IMG/VR virus record: IMGVR_UViG_3300009082_000023
Span: 1 to 52,889 of that record
Strand: one strand, 5' to 3'
Source: a virus
Lineage: Duplodnaviria; Caudoviricetes
Length of the DNA: 52,889 bases
The position numbers and the translations under genes are program-made. The notes under the pieces are model-generated. The model searched no databases. It was not told where the DNA came from and saw only the letters and a list, made by a program, of their open reading frames with translations. This document shows positions 1 through 9,619 of the stretch, piece by piece (the first letter of the stretch is position 1; each line of letters opens with the position of its first letter).

Positions 1-123
1 CAAATGCACTTACCGACCTGTATAATAAATCAAGCCTGCGACAACTAAAGAATATTACCGTCAATCTTTGCATATTGTTTTCTATTCTGAATCAACTCCG
101 TTATCCTTAACTGCTCCGAGGTG
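1..123. repeat. 123-bp exact direct terminal repeat (copy 1); circular-assembly overlap
   Basis: 1..123 (caaatgcact...ctccgaggtg) is identical to 52767..52889; the ORFs at 45..803 and 52156..52839 read across it. Confidence 0.97.
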
Positions 124-803
124 TTAATAGTACCGTCACAAATAGGATTCAGGTCATTGTAAAGGTACAAAATCTTATCAATAAATCTCACATGACCGTC
201 TGCCATTTCAATCATAGGATACATAAAAGCCAAATCCCATGCTACTTTAAAATACTGCCCGTCGTCGCCTCGCAAATCCTTATCTTCAATCCTATCCCAT
301 AAAGACTTCCGGAAAGTCCTCAGATGAGATGTTACCCAGTACCCGCTCCTGCGATACTCAGCCGGTGTGGTCTGTGCATCTACCAACCACCCCTCCTCAC
401 ATGGAACCCTCATCTTATCAAAAGCCTGACAGGTATTTTTATACTTTCCTGATACCGGAAGAAAAGAGCCGTAAGTCATCCATACGTCATTTGTATAAAG
501 AGAGTCAAGATGTGATAACACTTTATCATCTGCCAGCCGGTCATCACCGTCAACGGTTACAATAATATCCTCACCTATTAACTTAATGCCCCTGACAATG
601 TTTTCCAAAGCACCAAGCCTCTTTCTGTTCGTTATGGCAAATACAGGATATTCCTTAATTACCCCCCACGTGTCGTCTGTTGAACAGTCGTTAATGACCA
701 AAACATCATAGTTCAAATAATCCTGAGATAATATAGACTCTATACACCCCCCGATCCACTTCTCGGAGTTATAGACCGGCACTATAATATTAAACTTGTT
801 CAC
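45..803 (-). CDS. GT2-family (GT-A) glycosyltransferase
   Basis: IIVPVYNSE..., INDCSTDDT, and DxD-type motif VDGDD. Confidence 0.9.
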   Translation of the reverse strand: MNKFNIIVPVYNSEKWIGGCIESILSQDYLNYDVLVINDCSTDDTWGVIKEYPVFAITNRKRLGALENIVRGIKLIGEDIIVTVDGDDRLADDKVLSHLDSLYTNDVWMTYGSFLPVSGKYKNTCQAFDKMRVPCEEGWLVDAQTTPAEYRRSGYWVTSHLRTFRKSLWDRIEDKDLRGDDGQYFKVAWDLAFMYPMIEMADGHVRFIDKILYLYNDLNPICDGTINTSEQLRITELIQNRKQYAKIDGNIL

Positions 804-1614
804 TTATTAATTTTCTCCAGTAGCCAAAATCCATCTTATCAAGGTTCCACTTAACCACCGCCATACGTTTGTACTCATTGAACAGAAACATATCCGTAAG
901 CTCCTCCCAGTCATCAATAAACAATATCGGCAAATCGGTATAAAATTGATTATTTATATTGCGGACACAAATAGGGATAGTTTTCATATAAAGACACTCC
1001 CAAACTCGGTGTGTGTCTATTCCGTTACCCTCAGGACAAACAACAAAAGGATGGTTATATATATTATCCAGGTAGTTATCAAAGCCCTGCCCATTAGCAC
1101 CATTATGCGCTGTTACCCACCCTTTGCCCTTCAGTACATCGTATGGCCTCTGCCTCTTTGCAGGGTTTGTCTTAATGTTATGATTGAGATAAAGAAGATT
1201 CTTAAAATCCTTTTTGTGGAGCAGTTTCTTTATCATTTTTTCCTTCTTATCTTTCAGCCAGAAATCATTCTCTATTCCTATCGGTATTGATTTAACTCTC
1301 TCATGCTGAATGTTCACGTTTGTAGTGTACCACATCAGGCAGTTATCCGGTGGCTCAATATCTGCGGGTGTATCAGCATTATGAGTGATAAGGATATATT
1401 TCTTTTTTATATTTTGAAAAGCGTAGTCTGCAAAAAACGTATGAGTGTATATTATATCGCCGTCAACCAACAACCGGCTATCCAAAGTACTTACCATATA
1501 CCGATAGTCATTGTGAGTAAAGTTATTCAGCTCCGTCCCTGGCGGCGGTGCATACTGAAACTTCGCTATCGTACGATACTTATTGCCCTGAATAAAGTCA
1601 TTCATATAAGTCAA
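790..1614 (-). CDS. putative glycosyltransferase, exostosin/GT47-like C-terminus
   Basis: FVVCPEGNGIDTHRVWECLY..IPI motif; located in the glycan island. Confidence 0.65.
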   Translation of the reverse strand: MTYMNDFIQGNKYRTIAKFQYAPPPGTELNNFTHNDYRYMVSTLDSRLLVDGDIIYTHTFFADYAFQNIKKKYILITHNADTPADIEPPDNCLMWYTTNVNIQHERVKSIPIGIENDFWLKDKKEKMIKKLLHKKDFKNLLYLNHNIKTNPAKRQRPYDVLKGKGWVTAHNGANGQGFDNYLDNIYNHPFVVCPEGNGIDTHRVWECLYMKTIPICVRNINNQFYTDLPILFIDDWEELTDMFLFNEYKRMAVVKWNLDKMDFGYWRKLISEQV

Positions 1615-2413
1615 TTATCTTTTTTATCCCTTCCTCCAAAGACGTCTCAGGCTCCCAGTATCTCAGAATATCAGTCCCCGGCTCTTGCAGGACACTCCGC
1701 TGAACATCGTCTATCTCATCACCCAAAAGAACCGGGCAATCATTAAAATAAGACGCTACAATCCCTGCCACATCTTTAATCTTCACCCACAGAAAACTTG
1801 ATACATCAAACTGCCTGTCTTTTATCTCATCAAACCGCTCCATTATGATATTTATACACCGGCAACAATCATCTACATATAAAAACTGTCTAAGCTCCTC
1901 CCCTGTCGTACACATCTGAATGAAGTTATTTTCTTTCGCCATCTTGATAAAATTAATTATAGCGTACGACTTCTCTCCGTTCCACTTAGCACCATATACA
2001 TTCCAGAATTTAATTACCTTGCCATTTAAAGCATTAGTATATTTCTCCCCGATGCGCTTTAGTGTTCCATAACTGCTGTGGTTCATCCCCGACATCTGAC
2101 TTGAGATGAATATAAACGGGACACTGAATCTGCTCAGACTATCAAAAGTATGATTCATGATCTTTATGTTATTTGAAATGAACCTGTAAGTATCCTGATT
2201 CTTTTTTAAATAAACAGCCCCCCCTACGTCAAAGGCAAGAAAAAATACAAAATCAACCCCTGGTATTATTTCATCCAACACACCGGGAATGCGCAAGTCT
2301 TGCATTGGATTTAAATGGTAATCAAACTCTATCACGTCATTATTCAATTCTCTTAGATAAGACGTTAATCGTGTTCCTATGTGCCCTGCCGAACCTAATA
2401 TAATTATCTTCAT
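1598..2413 (-). CDS. NAD-dependent nucleotide-sugar epimerase/dehydratase (extended SDR)
   Basis: GSAGHIG Rossmann motif, YGTLK catalytic YxxxK, NVYG, RQFLYVDD. Confidence 0.88.
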   Translation of the reverse strand: MKIIILGSAGHIGTRLTSYLRELNNDVIEFDYHLNPMQDLRIPGVLDEIIPGVDFVFFLAFDVGGAVYLKKNQDTYRFISNNIKIMNHTFDSLSRFSVPFIFISSQMSGMNHSSYGTLKRIGEKYTNALNGKVIKFWNVYGAKWNGEKSYAIINFIKMAKENNFIQMCTTGEELRQFLYVDDCCRCINIIMERFDEIKDRQFDVSSFLWVKIKDVAGIVASYFNDCPVLLGDEIDDVQRSVLQEPGTDILRYWEPETSLEEGIKKIIDLYE

Positions 2414-2418
2414 AGTTA

Positions 2419-3195
2419 TTAATGGAATAGATGAATATTGTGCTGGATTACTAACTGATCATAAGGCGAGTTAGGAAAGTCCCCCCTCTCATTAATGCTA
2501 TACTGTGAAGGGTCTCTGTAAATTTCCCTTCCATATTTAGTACACAATAACGAGAACACAGACTGGTCAAAGAGATGGTATTTGAAATCTGGCAAATTAG
2601 GCTGACCGCAAACATTCATGTCATCCGTCACAATACGTGAATCAGTCATATACGTCTGCCATTCTGTTAAGAAAGCCATATTTCCGGGTGTTTTCATCCA
2701 TGAAGATATGGCAGCATTAACGCACCTGGTATGCCAATATAAAGGACTATCTAAACCCATTAAAATAAAAGTATCCCTCTTTGTATAAATAGAATGATAA
2801 TGAAGCCTCTCCGGCGTCTTTGATACTGCAAATATCATGCTCTTGTTCTTGTCTAATTGGGTGATCTCAAATAATGGGTCAAGGTTATTCACAACTCTCA
2901 TCCCCGCATCTATATATAAAACAATATCACCGTCCTCGCATAGCCTCATTGTTTCCAAAATTATGTAAGGCTTCCAAATCCAATAACTAGCCGTCCTTGT
3001 TTTGCGTGTCGCATTGTCATTAATGGGCCTTGACACTATACCCCAGTTTTCAATAAAAAATACAGAGTCTTTAAGATCATCATACGTATATTTCACAAAC
3101 TCATCAACCATACCCGTCTCAATAGATGACCTTTTAAGTATATCAAGATTTTCGTAATATCCTTTAGTACCGTATGATGTCACATATTTTCTCAT
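2419..3195 (-). CDS. putative GT-A glycosyltransferase
   Basis: YWIWKPYII, LYIDAG and DQSVFSLL motifs typical of sugar transferases; genomic context. Confidence 0.6.
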   Translation of the reverse strand: MRKYVTSYGTKGYYENLDILKRSSIETGMVDEFVKYTYDDLKDSVFFIENWGIVSRPINDNATRKTRTASYWIWKPYIILETMRLCEDGDIVLYIDAGMRVVNNLDPLFEITQLDKNKSMIFAVSKTPERLHYHSIYTKRDTFILMGLDSPLYWHTRCVNAAISSWMKTPGNMAFLTEWQTYMTDSRIVTDDMNVCGQPNLPDFKYHLFDQSVFSLLCTKYGREIYRDPSQYSINERGDFPNSPYDQLVIQHNIHLFH

Positions 3196-3452
3196 GTATA
3201 GCTTTTAATTTCATCCAGAATATCGGTGCGCCCGTTGGTTGCCGCCTCGTTTATCTTCTTATCTATTGCCGACTTCAATAGACTCCTTTGCTTTGCCAGC
3301 CGTATGTTGTCCCCGCTCAGTTTAACAATCAGGTCTATATCTTCTTTTGACCTCTTTGCTTTATTGTCAAGTTCGGCTGTCTTATCCAGTAATTTAAAGA
3401 GTTTCATGTTTACTGTTATCAGCTTGTCAATTAATTCACTAATTGTTTCCAT
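3192..3452 (-). CDS. small helical hypothetical protein in the glycan island
   Basis: ORF adjoining its neighbours; begins TISELIDKL. Confidence 0.6.
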   Translation of the reverse strand: METISELIDKLITVNMKLFKLLDKTAELDNKAKRSKEDIDLIVKLSGDNIRLAKQRSLLKSAIDKKINEAATNGRTDILDEIKSYT

Positions 3453-3454
3453 AA

Positions 3455-4132
3455 TTAAATTATGTTCCAGTTAAGCCTCAAAATCATCTGATCAAACGGC
3501 GCAGGTCTTACATATCTATGTAGGTTCAAGCTGTTATGTATTATATTCATCAGGTCAACAAATGCAACCAGCCCTGTTGTAAAAATATGTACCTCCTTAG
3601 ATTTCTCAATCAGATAAAGTGTGTCTAATATACTTACATTCTTCAGTTCAACTAAATGAATAATCCTGATGTCGGGGATATATCTTCTGTCAATCATAAA
3701 ACCCCTGGCAGGATCATCATGCAGAAAAACATATTCTTCATCGTCTTTTAACCCTAAATCATAAAATATATCCTTTTCTTTTTTCAGGTCACGTTCAAAG
3801 TAGAAATTGTCCCACATCAGATTTAAGGGTAGATTCATCCGGTCATAAAAGAACCTGACAAATGATATAGTAGGGTCTTCTTTGATAACATCAGCATATT
3901 CCTGCCATCCGAGATACAGAACGTCTTTGTATGTTTTGGGATCATCAGTATTGATTTGAACATTTTTTATACTGCTATAAAGCCTTCTTATATTCTCAAT
4001 ATGAAGATCGGAACAATGCTTCATGACGAAAAGTATTATATTATCATATCTTTTAGATAGCTCCTTAATCAAGCCATAACAGATAACATAATCTCCGAAA
4101 CCGTAATGAGTACAAATAAAAAGATCATTCAT
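3455..4132 (-). CDS. putative GT-B-like sugar transferase (HxGxGD N-terminus)
   Basis: THYGFGDYVICYG resembles GT9/fucosyltransferase-like N-termini; genomic context. Confidence 0.45.
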   Translation of the reverse strand: MNDLFICTHYGFGDYVICYGLIKELSKRYDNIILFVMKHCSDLHIENIRRLYSSIKNVQINTDDPKTYKDVLYLGWQEYADVIKEDPTISFVRFFYDRMNLPLNLMWDNFYFERDLKKEKDIFYDLGLKDDEEYVFLHDDPARGFMIDRRYIPDIRIIHLVELKNVSILDTLYLIEKSKEVHIFTTGLVAFVDLMNIIHNSLNLHRYVRPAPFDQMILRLNWNII

Positions 4133-4884
4133 AAATCTTCCGTATAAATATGTTCTGCCCTAAACTCTTTTTTATGCCTCAATTCTTTAAAAAGTGCCGC
4201 ATTCCTATTGTACTTGTTCTCATTAAACTCAAAGGCCTTATTGTCGTAATGGTACTGATGAAATACAAATGGCGAGTCAATGATACGAACATCCAATCCC
4301 AAACAGCGTACCTGATGAATGAAATAGTTATCTTCATAACCAAGCCCCTCAGAAAACCTCTCATCAAAGCCGTTAATCTTTTTAAGATTGTCCATAGTTA
4401 TAGCACAACAAAAATGAAGTGCTTCGGGCCGGTAAATAGAATGATTGTACCATGCACTGTCGCCATTGCTGACAGCTATCCGATTATTAAGACTTCTTAA
4501 ATCTACGTCCTGCCCTTTCCCTAGAGAGTAACAAGCAAATGAAAGATAATTATTTTGACTCAGATGCCTCTTTACATATCCTACTATGTCGCCACTATGA
4601 TAACACTCTGCATTCTGAATTATTACACTCGTAGCACCACCTTTTAATGCCTGAATAAATCCGAAGTTAAACACGGGGGCGGGGGCAAACCATTTCTTTT
4701 CGTTCAATCGTAGAATAGTTATCTCAAAAGGATAAGATTGGAGATTCAGCTCTTCAGGTGAATTGTCGTCAACTATAACAACATTAAAATCCGCCGGGTC
4801 ATACTGAAGAAAAGAATCTAGTGTTTTAAGCAGTTGTGAGAGGCGGTTATAATATGTGGCCACAATAGTTATCATCCAACGCAA
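4129..4884 (-). CDS. GT2 glycosyltransferase with GT7C-like C-terminus
   Basis: VIVDDNS; NGFDERF..GLGYEDN. Confidence 0.85.
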   Translation of the reverse strand: MRWMITIVATYYNRLSQLLKTLDSFLQYDPADFNVVIVDDNSPEELNLQSYPFEITILRLNEKKWFAPAPVFNFGFIQALKGGATSVIIQNAECYHSGDIVGYVKRHLSQNNYLSFACYSLGKGQDVDLRSLNNRIAVSNGDSAWYNHSIYRPEALHFCCAITMDNLKKINGFDERFSEGLGYEDNYFIHQVRCLGLDVRIIDSPFVFHQYHYDNKAFEFNENKYNRNAALFKELRHKKEFRAEHIYTEDL

Positions 4885-4920
4885 TATAAATTAATTAGCT
4901 TTATATTCCTAAATTATTTA

Positions 4921-5232
4921 TTAACAGTAACAACTCGGGCAAATCTTCATTCCTTTGACTGATGACTGGAATGGCTGATTGCAGTGATCACATTTGCACT
5001 GGTACATCTTTGGTTCATCCGTAGGCTGTGGCTGATTCTCTGCAACTATCTTCTTCAAACAGTCAATACAAAACGAATGACAATATGTTTCTTTGTCGCA
5101 GTTGTCACATATTGAGGGCTTGTCCTCTTGCAGGGATTCAAGCTCAGTGGCAATAGATTCAATATGAACATTAAGTACCTTGTACCAATAAAGATGCTTT
5201 TTCAGCACTTCAACAATCTGTTCTTTTTTCAT
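4921..5232 (-). CDS. hypothetical protein with four CxxC pairs (Zn-binding)
   Basis: CDNC, CIDC, CDHC, CPSC. Confidence 0.6.
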   Translation of the reverse strand: MKKEQIVEVLKKHLYWYKVLNVHIESIATELESLQEDKPSICDNCDKETYCHSFCIDCLKKIVAENQPQPTDEPKMYQCKCDHCNQPFQSSVKGMKICPSCYC

Positions 5233-5531
5233 GTCTGGTTATTTAATGTCAATTCCTGTGAGTCCTATTGATTCCAGTAATTCTTTCCCTGTTTTGAACT
5301 CTTCTCCTTTTGGGGTGTTCTCAAAATAATAAAAGGTTTCAGCCTTGCCAAAATTACCGTAAGTTCCTTTTCGCTTCTTTGTCTTGGTCTCACTGTAAAA
5401 CTCACGTCCATTGATAAGATTACCCGGTGCAATGATTGTATGTTTGCGCTTCATTAGGTGCGCCGTATCAAATGCCATGTGCATTATCATTTCAGATTTT
5501 ATATTAACTTCTTTCATGTCTGGTTATTTAA
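5227..5531. repeat. 20-bp exact direct repeat flanking ORF 5239..5517
   Basis: tttcatgtctggttatttaa at 5227..5246 and 5512..5531. Confidence 0.85.
5239..5517 (-). CDS. hypothetical protein
   Basis: ORF co-oriented and tightly packed with neighbours. Confidence 0.6.
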   Translation of the reverse strand: MKEVNIKSEMIMHMAFDTAHLMKRKHTIIAPGNLINGREFYSETKTKKRKGTYGNFGKAETFYYFENTPKGEEFKTGKELLESIGLTGIDIK

Positions 5532-5544
5532 ACTTTTGCGGGGG

Positions 5545-5745
5545 TTAATAATTCCAATTTACATTACCTGCGAAATCAATGGGTTCAATGGGTTCGTCAG
5601 AATATATGTAATAGTAACACTCTGTATAACTGCCCTGAAATTGTAATGTTCCTTTCTCATCAACAACCTTATATTGTGTTACTACCGTTCCCTGCCCGTC
5701 ATAAACAGGCTCAATTCTTAATTTTCCGTCACTAGTTACACTCAT
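5545..5745 (-). CDS. hypothetical protein
   Basis: ORF co-oriented and tightly packed. Confidence 0.55.
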   Translation of the reverse strand: MSVTSDGKLRIEPVYDGQGTVVTQYKVVDEKGTLQFQGSYTECYYYIYSDEPIEPIDFAGNVNWNY

Positions 5746-5771
5746 CTTATCTCTGTATTAAGTTTTACTAT

Positions 5772-6335
5772 TTACTTTTGCGGGTTAATTGCCCTCTCCT
5801 CCCTTGCACTGTCATCATTCAATAAGTCGTGCATGGTTGCTGATTTGCGGGAATTAAGGTATTCGTCAACCGCATCCGGTATTTCATCATCAAGCATTGT
5901 TTCTGTATTTACAGTCGTTGCAAACCTTATCAGTTCATCCCTCAATGTCACCCCCTCTGCTTTGTCAGGAGTTACTGATTGGAGAGTGGCAATTTCAGAT
6001 AGCAATAAATTAACTGAAGGGATGTTAAAAAACTCTTGTGATTTGGAAAGAGCAACTAATCTTCTGTATTCATTTATCAAACATTTCATCTTCTCAATGA
6101 TTAAATCCTTATTGCCCTGAGATTGAGAGGCAAAATCTTTCATCAATATAACCGCATGAATAGGAGTAATGTGATCACCTAATTCAGTTGCCTCTTCAGC
6201 CGTCATGCCTCCATTACGTTCTGCATAAAACTCGTCTGCTGTTTTCATATTATTGGTTTTTAGGTTTACGTTCAAATTCAAATGCTTTATTGAATATCTG
6301 AATCCTGCTAAATCCGTTATAATAGTAGAAATCAA
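5772..6335 (-). CDS. hypothetical protein (true start probably at MKTADEF, ~6249)
   Basis: ORF with an A-rich context before the internal ATG. Confidence 0.55.
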   Translation of the reverse strand: MISTIITDLAGFRYSIKHLNLNVNLKTNNMKTADEFYAERNGGMTAEEATELGDHITPIHAVILMKDFASQSQGNKDLIIEKMKCLINEYRRLVALSKSQEFFNIPSVNLLLSEIATLQSVTPDKAEGVTLRDELIRFATTVNTETMLDDEIPDAVDEYLNSRKSATMHDLLNDDSAREERAINPQK

Positions 6336-6380
6336 ATATCTTCTTTATCCTGAAGTGAAAGTAATGTCCGCTTATAGTTT

Positions 6381-6590
6381 TCATTTGTCTTTACGTTCAA
6401 ACTTAGTTATCCGTTCCCTCATTACCGGGAACGCTTTGCCCTCATCCCTGAGCCAAATCTTATCATCTTCAACCCTAGTAACTTCATACAACCCGCTGAT
6501 GAAATGATGTGACCATTCGTTATGGCTCTCTTTGCCGTTACCGGTAGTAGCTTCAAAGTACCCAAACTCATTCAACTGTATATCTATCAT
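6381..6590 (-). CDS. hypothetical protein
   Basis: ORF co-oriented with neighbours. Confidence 0.55.
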   Translation of the reverse strand: MIDIQLNEFGYFEATTGNGKESHNEWSHHFISGLYEVTRVEDDKIWLRDEGKAFPVMRERITKFERKDK

Positions 6591-6640
6591 CTATTCTTTA
6601 ATTGACAGAATTTCTATCCCTGTTTGTTTGCCGGCAAAAT

Positions 6641-7354
6641 TTAGATTCTAATCTTATTCTTTGAAAGTGAATGATTATAAACTTCCTCAATCATAGAAAT
6701 ATATTGTTTTGTGGTATGACATTTTACAAAGGCTCTCGGATTGCCGGAAATTTTCTCAATTAATATCTCTTGCTTATAGTTTTCTGTATTCATTGTTTTA
6801 CTAATAGCCAGAGGGAATCGGCTATCCCAAACAAACGTATATTGAAATTGCTTGTTCAATAAAGTGCATATTTCACAAACAGCAATAGCATGATTAATAT
6901 TTAATACATCTAAATATCCCTCTTTAAGTTGTGGCAAATCTCTCCGGCCTTCACTATTACTAAGGGTCAATAATGCACTTATTGACATGTCAGGATATTT
7001 ATTTATAAGATGACTTAATTGCATAAACTGATTAACTTTTTCAATAGTGTAAAAATTAATATAATCCATTGCCGTCCAGTTTTTCTGATAACTATTAAGC
7101 CGTGAAATATCTTTCCGGTCAACCGATGCAATTATATAATATATTTCAGTATTCAGATATTTTGCTGCCGATAACCTATGCTGTCCATCTATAACAAACA
7201 TATCTTTATTTACAAGTATCGGATTAACTGATAATAAATTTTTAGCTTCAATGGCATGTATTAATTTATTTACATGTTTCTGATCTACCTCCCGGTTTGA
7301 TGCAACCTCTTTGAATATTGCAAAATCTTTGGTTTTTTTAATTTCTACTTCCAT
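6641..7354 (-). CDS. ParB/Srx-like N-terminal domain protein
   Basis: NR..., PILVN...VIDGQHRL motif. Confidence 0.8.
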   Translation of the reverse strand: MEVEIKKTKDFAIFKEVASNREVDQKHVNKLIHAIEAKNLLSVNPILVNKDMFVIDGQHRLSAAKYLNTEIYYIIASVDRKDISRLNSYQKNWTAMDYINFYTIEKVNQFMQLSHLINKYPDMSISALLTLSNSEGRRDLPQLKEGYLDVLNINHAIAVCEICTLLNKQFQYTFVWDSRFPLAISKTMNTENYKQEILIEKISGNPRAFVKCHTTKQYISMIEEVYNHSLSKNKIRI

Positions 7355-7589
7355 GGTTTATATCTTTAATTGTAATCATTCCCCGAAAAAGAAAAGAAAG
7401 AAAACGGCAAAAGAAAGAAAAGAAAAAGAAGTCCCCAAAGAAAAATATCTTTTGCCTATACTGGCAATTGCCTGATCCAAGCAACGCCGTTTTGCAAGGT
7501 TTGTCTTATTTGACCTTACAAACTTAATATCGTAAATCTTAAAATATAGTAGCATAAATACCTCTTTTGAATAAGTATAAATACTTATT

Positions 7590-7856
7590 TTAAAATGGCC
7601 TATTCAACTCAAATAAATGAAATACCAGCCCGCCGTTAAGCATTTGAAATGTTCCGATATATGATTCTGAATGAGTTATTGTCATTCCTGTACCATATAA
7701 ATAGAATCTTCTTTCTACCATTTCTTCATCAGGATTAACTAACGCCCAGATATAAGGTTCTGATTTTTGCATTTGTACGGTTAATACCTTTGCACTCATT
7801 GGCATTTTAATGACTATCTCATCATTAACAGGAATCGGATATTTATATATTTTCAT
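7590..7856 (-). CDS. conserved small phage protein (KIYKYP...VFHLFE type)
   Basis: IYKYP, IWALV, GTG, YIGT.Q..G.LVFHLFE pattern common in phages. Confidence 0.7.
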   Translation of the reverse strand: MKIYKYPIPVNDEIVIKMPMSAKVLTVQMQKSEPYIWALVNPDEEMVERRFYLYGTGMTITHSESYIGTFQMLNGGLVFHLFELNRPF

Positions 7857-7874
7857 ATTGGTTAATTTTGTGGT

Positions 7875-8315
7875 TTATAAATCTCTCATCACTTTTTGAT
7901 AATAATCGCACCACGTCATCCCGTCATGCTGTTTTCCCGTCCCGAACCACAACCTTATAGCCTTGTCAGGATAGTACTTAGGATTCTTAGCCCCCTGAAT
8001 AATGTACCAAATTTCTACACTCTTTGCCGGGTCATAGGCATCATTCCACGTGTACCGGGTATCGCTGTATTTATTTACCTCATTGATCATCACGGGTAAT
8101 ATTTGCAAAATGCCCCGTGCTTTAGTGTACGGATTAACAGCATCAGCATTATAGTTGCTTTCAAAGCGTATAATCGCCCTAAGAAACGGGTCTGATACGT
8201 TGTAGATATATAGTACCTCTCCCGCCGGTACGTCTGCCCTGCCATTGTCCGGGGCTGTCAGGGTTAGGTTTATCAGTATCAAAAAAATTGTTATCAACAT
8301 CTTTTTCATCTCCAC
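7875..8315 (-). CDS. lytic transglycosylase (SLT-like) with N-terminal signal/anchor
   Basis: AIIRFES catalytic Glu motif, A.N....ARGILQI; hydrophobic N-terminus. Confidence 0.8.
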   Translation of the reverse strand: MEMKKMLITIFLILINLTLTAPDNGRADVPAGEVLYIYNVSDPFLRAIIRFESNYNADAVNPYTKARGILQILPVMINEVNKYSDTRYTWNDAYDPAKSVEIWYIIQGAKNPKYYPDKAIRLWFGTGKQHDGMTWCDYYQKVMRDL

Positions 8316-8382
8316 ATTATTCGTTCATACTAGCAATCTTTTTAAATTGCGTTTCTCATCAGTCCCCCTTGTTTTTGCAAAT

Positions 8383-8760
8383 TTACAAAGAATTAATGAC
8401 AGGCATCCTGACACCCCGTCTCATCATTTCAACTGCAAAGTAATTCAGCTTCATGCCTCCCTGCCCATGAAGTCCCTTTTTGATGTTTGTCAGCTCCCTC
8501 CGGTAACTGTCTATTTGCGCCCGCTTAGTCTTATCGGTGTCATAATAGTTTTGAATAGCCTTGCAGGAATTGAATATGGTGCATCTGTCCTGCCCGAAGT
8601 ATGAGGCGATCTCTTCCTTTTTGCCCACATCAAACTCCAAGCAAAACGACTGGATCAACTGCCTTGTATAGACTATCTCTTTCTTTCGGGTGTGGGCGAG
8701 CACCTGCTCAAATGGCACGTGCTCCCGAAAACAAATCAACTTACAAATCTCTTTAAACAT
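8383..8760 (-). CDS. DnaA C-terminal (domain IV)-like HTH protein
   Basis: RKKEIVYTRQ...IASYFGQDRCTIFNSCKAI resembles DnaA R..EIV.ARQ...IG..F.RDHTTV. Confidence 0.7.
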   Translation of the reverse strand: MFKEICKLICFREHVPFEQVLAHTRKKEIVYTRQLIQSFCLEFDVGKKEEIASYFGQDRCTIFNSCKAIQNYYDTDKTKRAQIDSYRRELTNIKKGLHGQGGMKLNYFAVEMMRRGVRMPVINSL

Positions 8761-8761
8761 A

Positions 8762-9568
8762 TCAGAATAATATTGGATGTGATTTACTTATTTCCGTTTT
8801 AGCATAACCGAGATCATTAATTTCATTTTCCTTTTGTTGCCATTCATTAATTAATTCGGTAGCTTCTTTATAGAAATTCTTTTTTATCTCAAATCCATAG
8901 GATTTTCTGCCAAGCTTCAGGGCTGCCAATAATGTAGTTCCGCTCCCGGCCACGGGGTCAATAACAACATCCCCTTTGTCTGTAAATACTTCAATAAGTT
9001 GTTTTAATAAAGGAACTGATTTCTGAGTAGGATGAATCTTCCTCGTTTCATTATCCCTCTCTACATCAAAACAGTTAAATATCATTTTACCATTGTTATT
9101 AAACTTGGGTAGTTTTTCACGGAATAAGATTAATCCATATTCACAATTTCCAACAACTCGCATATTAGCTTTTAAAACTTGTGCAGAAAAATTCTTTCTG
9201 AAAACCAGATTAATGTAGTTGTTTAGTCCGTATTCTTTTGCCAAGTTTATTAAATAGAATTGCTGTTCAAACTCACAAAACACAATCATACACGGAGCCT
9301 TGCCTCTTTCTTTCGGTTCTTTAATAAGCATGGTTGAGCAGAAGTGCATAAATTCCTTAACCCTAAAATCCTTATCCGTATCAAAAAACTCCTTACCAGC
9401 CAGTTTACTCTCTCCGTTCTTATTGTCTCCGTCAATATACCATGCAGGATTTGAGCCATAAGCGTTTATTCCGACATTATACGGTATGTCTGCAATTATC
9501 AGTTGCGCCTTTGGTATAGCATAAACTTTATAATTCTGAAAGTGATCGTTAAATAAATTATATTCCAT
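8762..9568 (-). CDS. DNA N6-adenine/N4-cytosine methyltransferase (beta class)
   Basis: IADIPY catalytic motif precedes HPTQK and DPVAGSGTT SAM motif. Confidence 0.92.
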   Translation of the reverse strand: MEYNLFNDHFQNYKVYAIPKAQLIIADIPYNVGINAYGSNPAWYIDGDNKNGESKLAGKEFFDTDKDFRVKEFMHFCSTMLIKEPKERGKAPCMIVFCEFEQQFYLINLAKEYGLNNYINLVFRKNFSAQVLKANMRVVGNCEYGLILFREKLPKFNNNGKMIFNCFDVERDNETRKIHPTQKSVPLLKQLIEVFTDKGDVVIDPVAGSGTTLLAALKLGRKSYGFEIKKNFYKEATELINEWQQKENEINDLGYAKTEISKSHPILF

Positions 9569-9619
9569 ATCAAAAATGTTTAATGTCGCTCATCTTATTA
9601 TCGGGTCACAGTTAATAAA

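Noticed and set aside
1-123. Biological terminal repeat
   Set aside because: It falls within coding sequence and most likely reflects assembler overlap of a circular or permuted genome.
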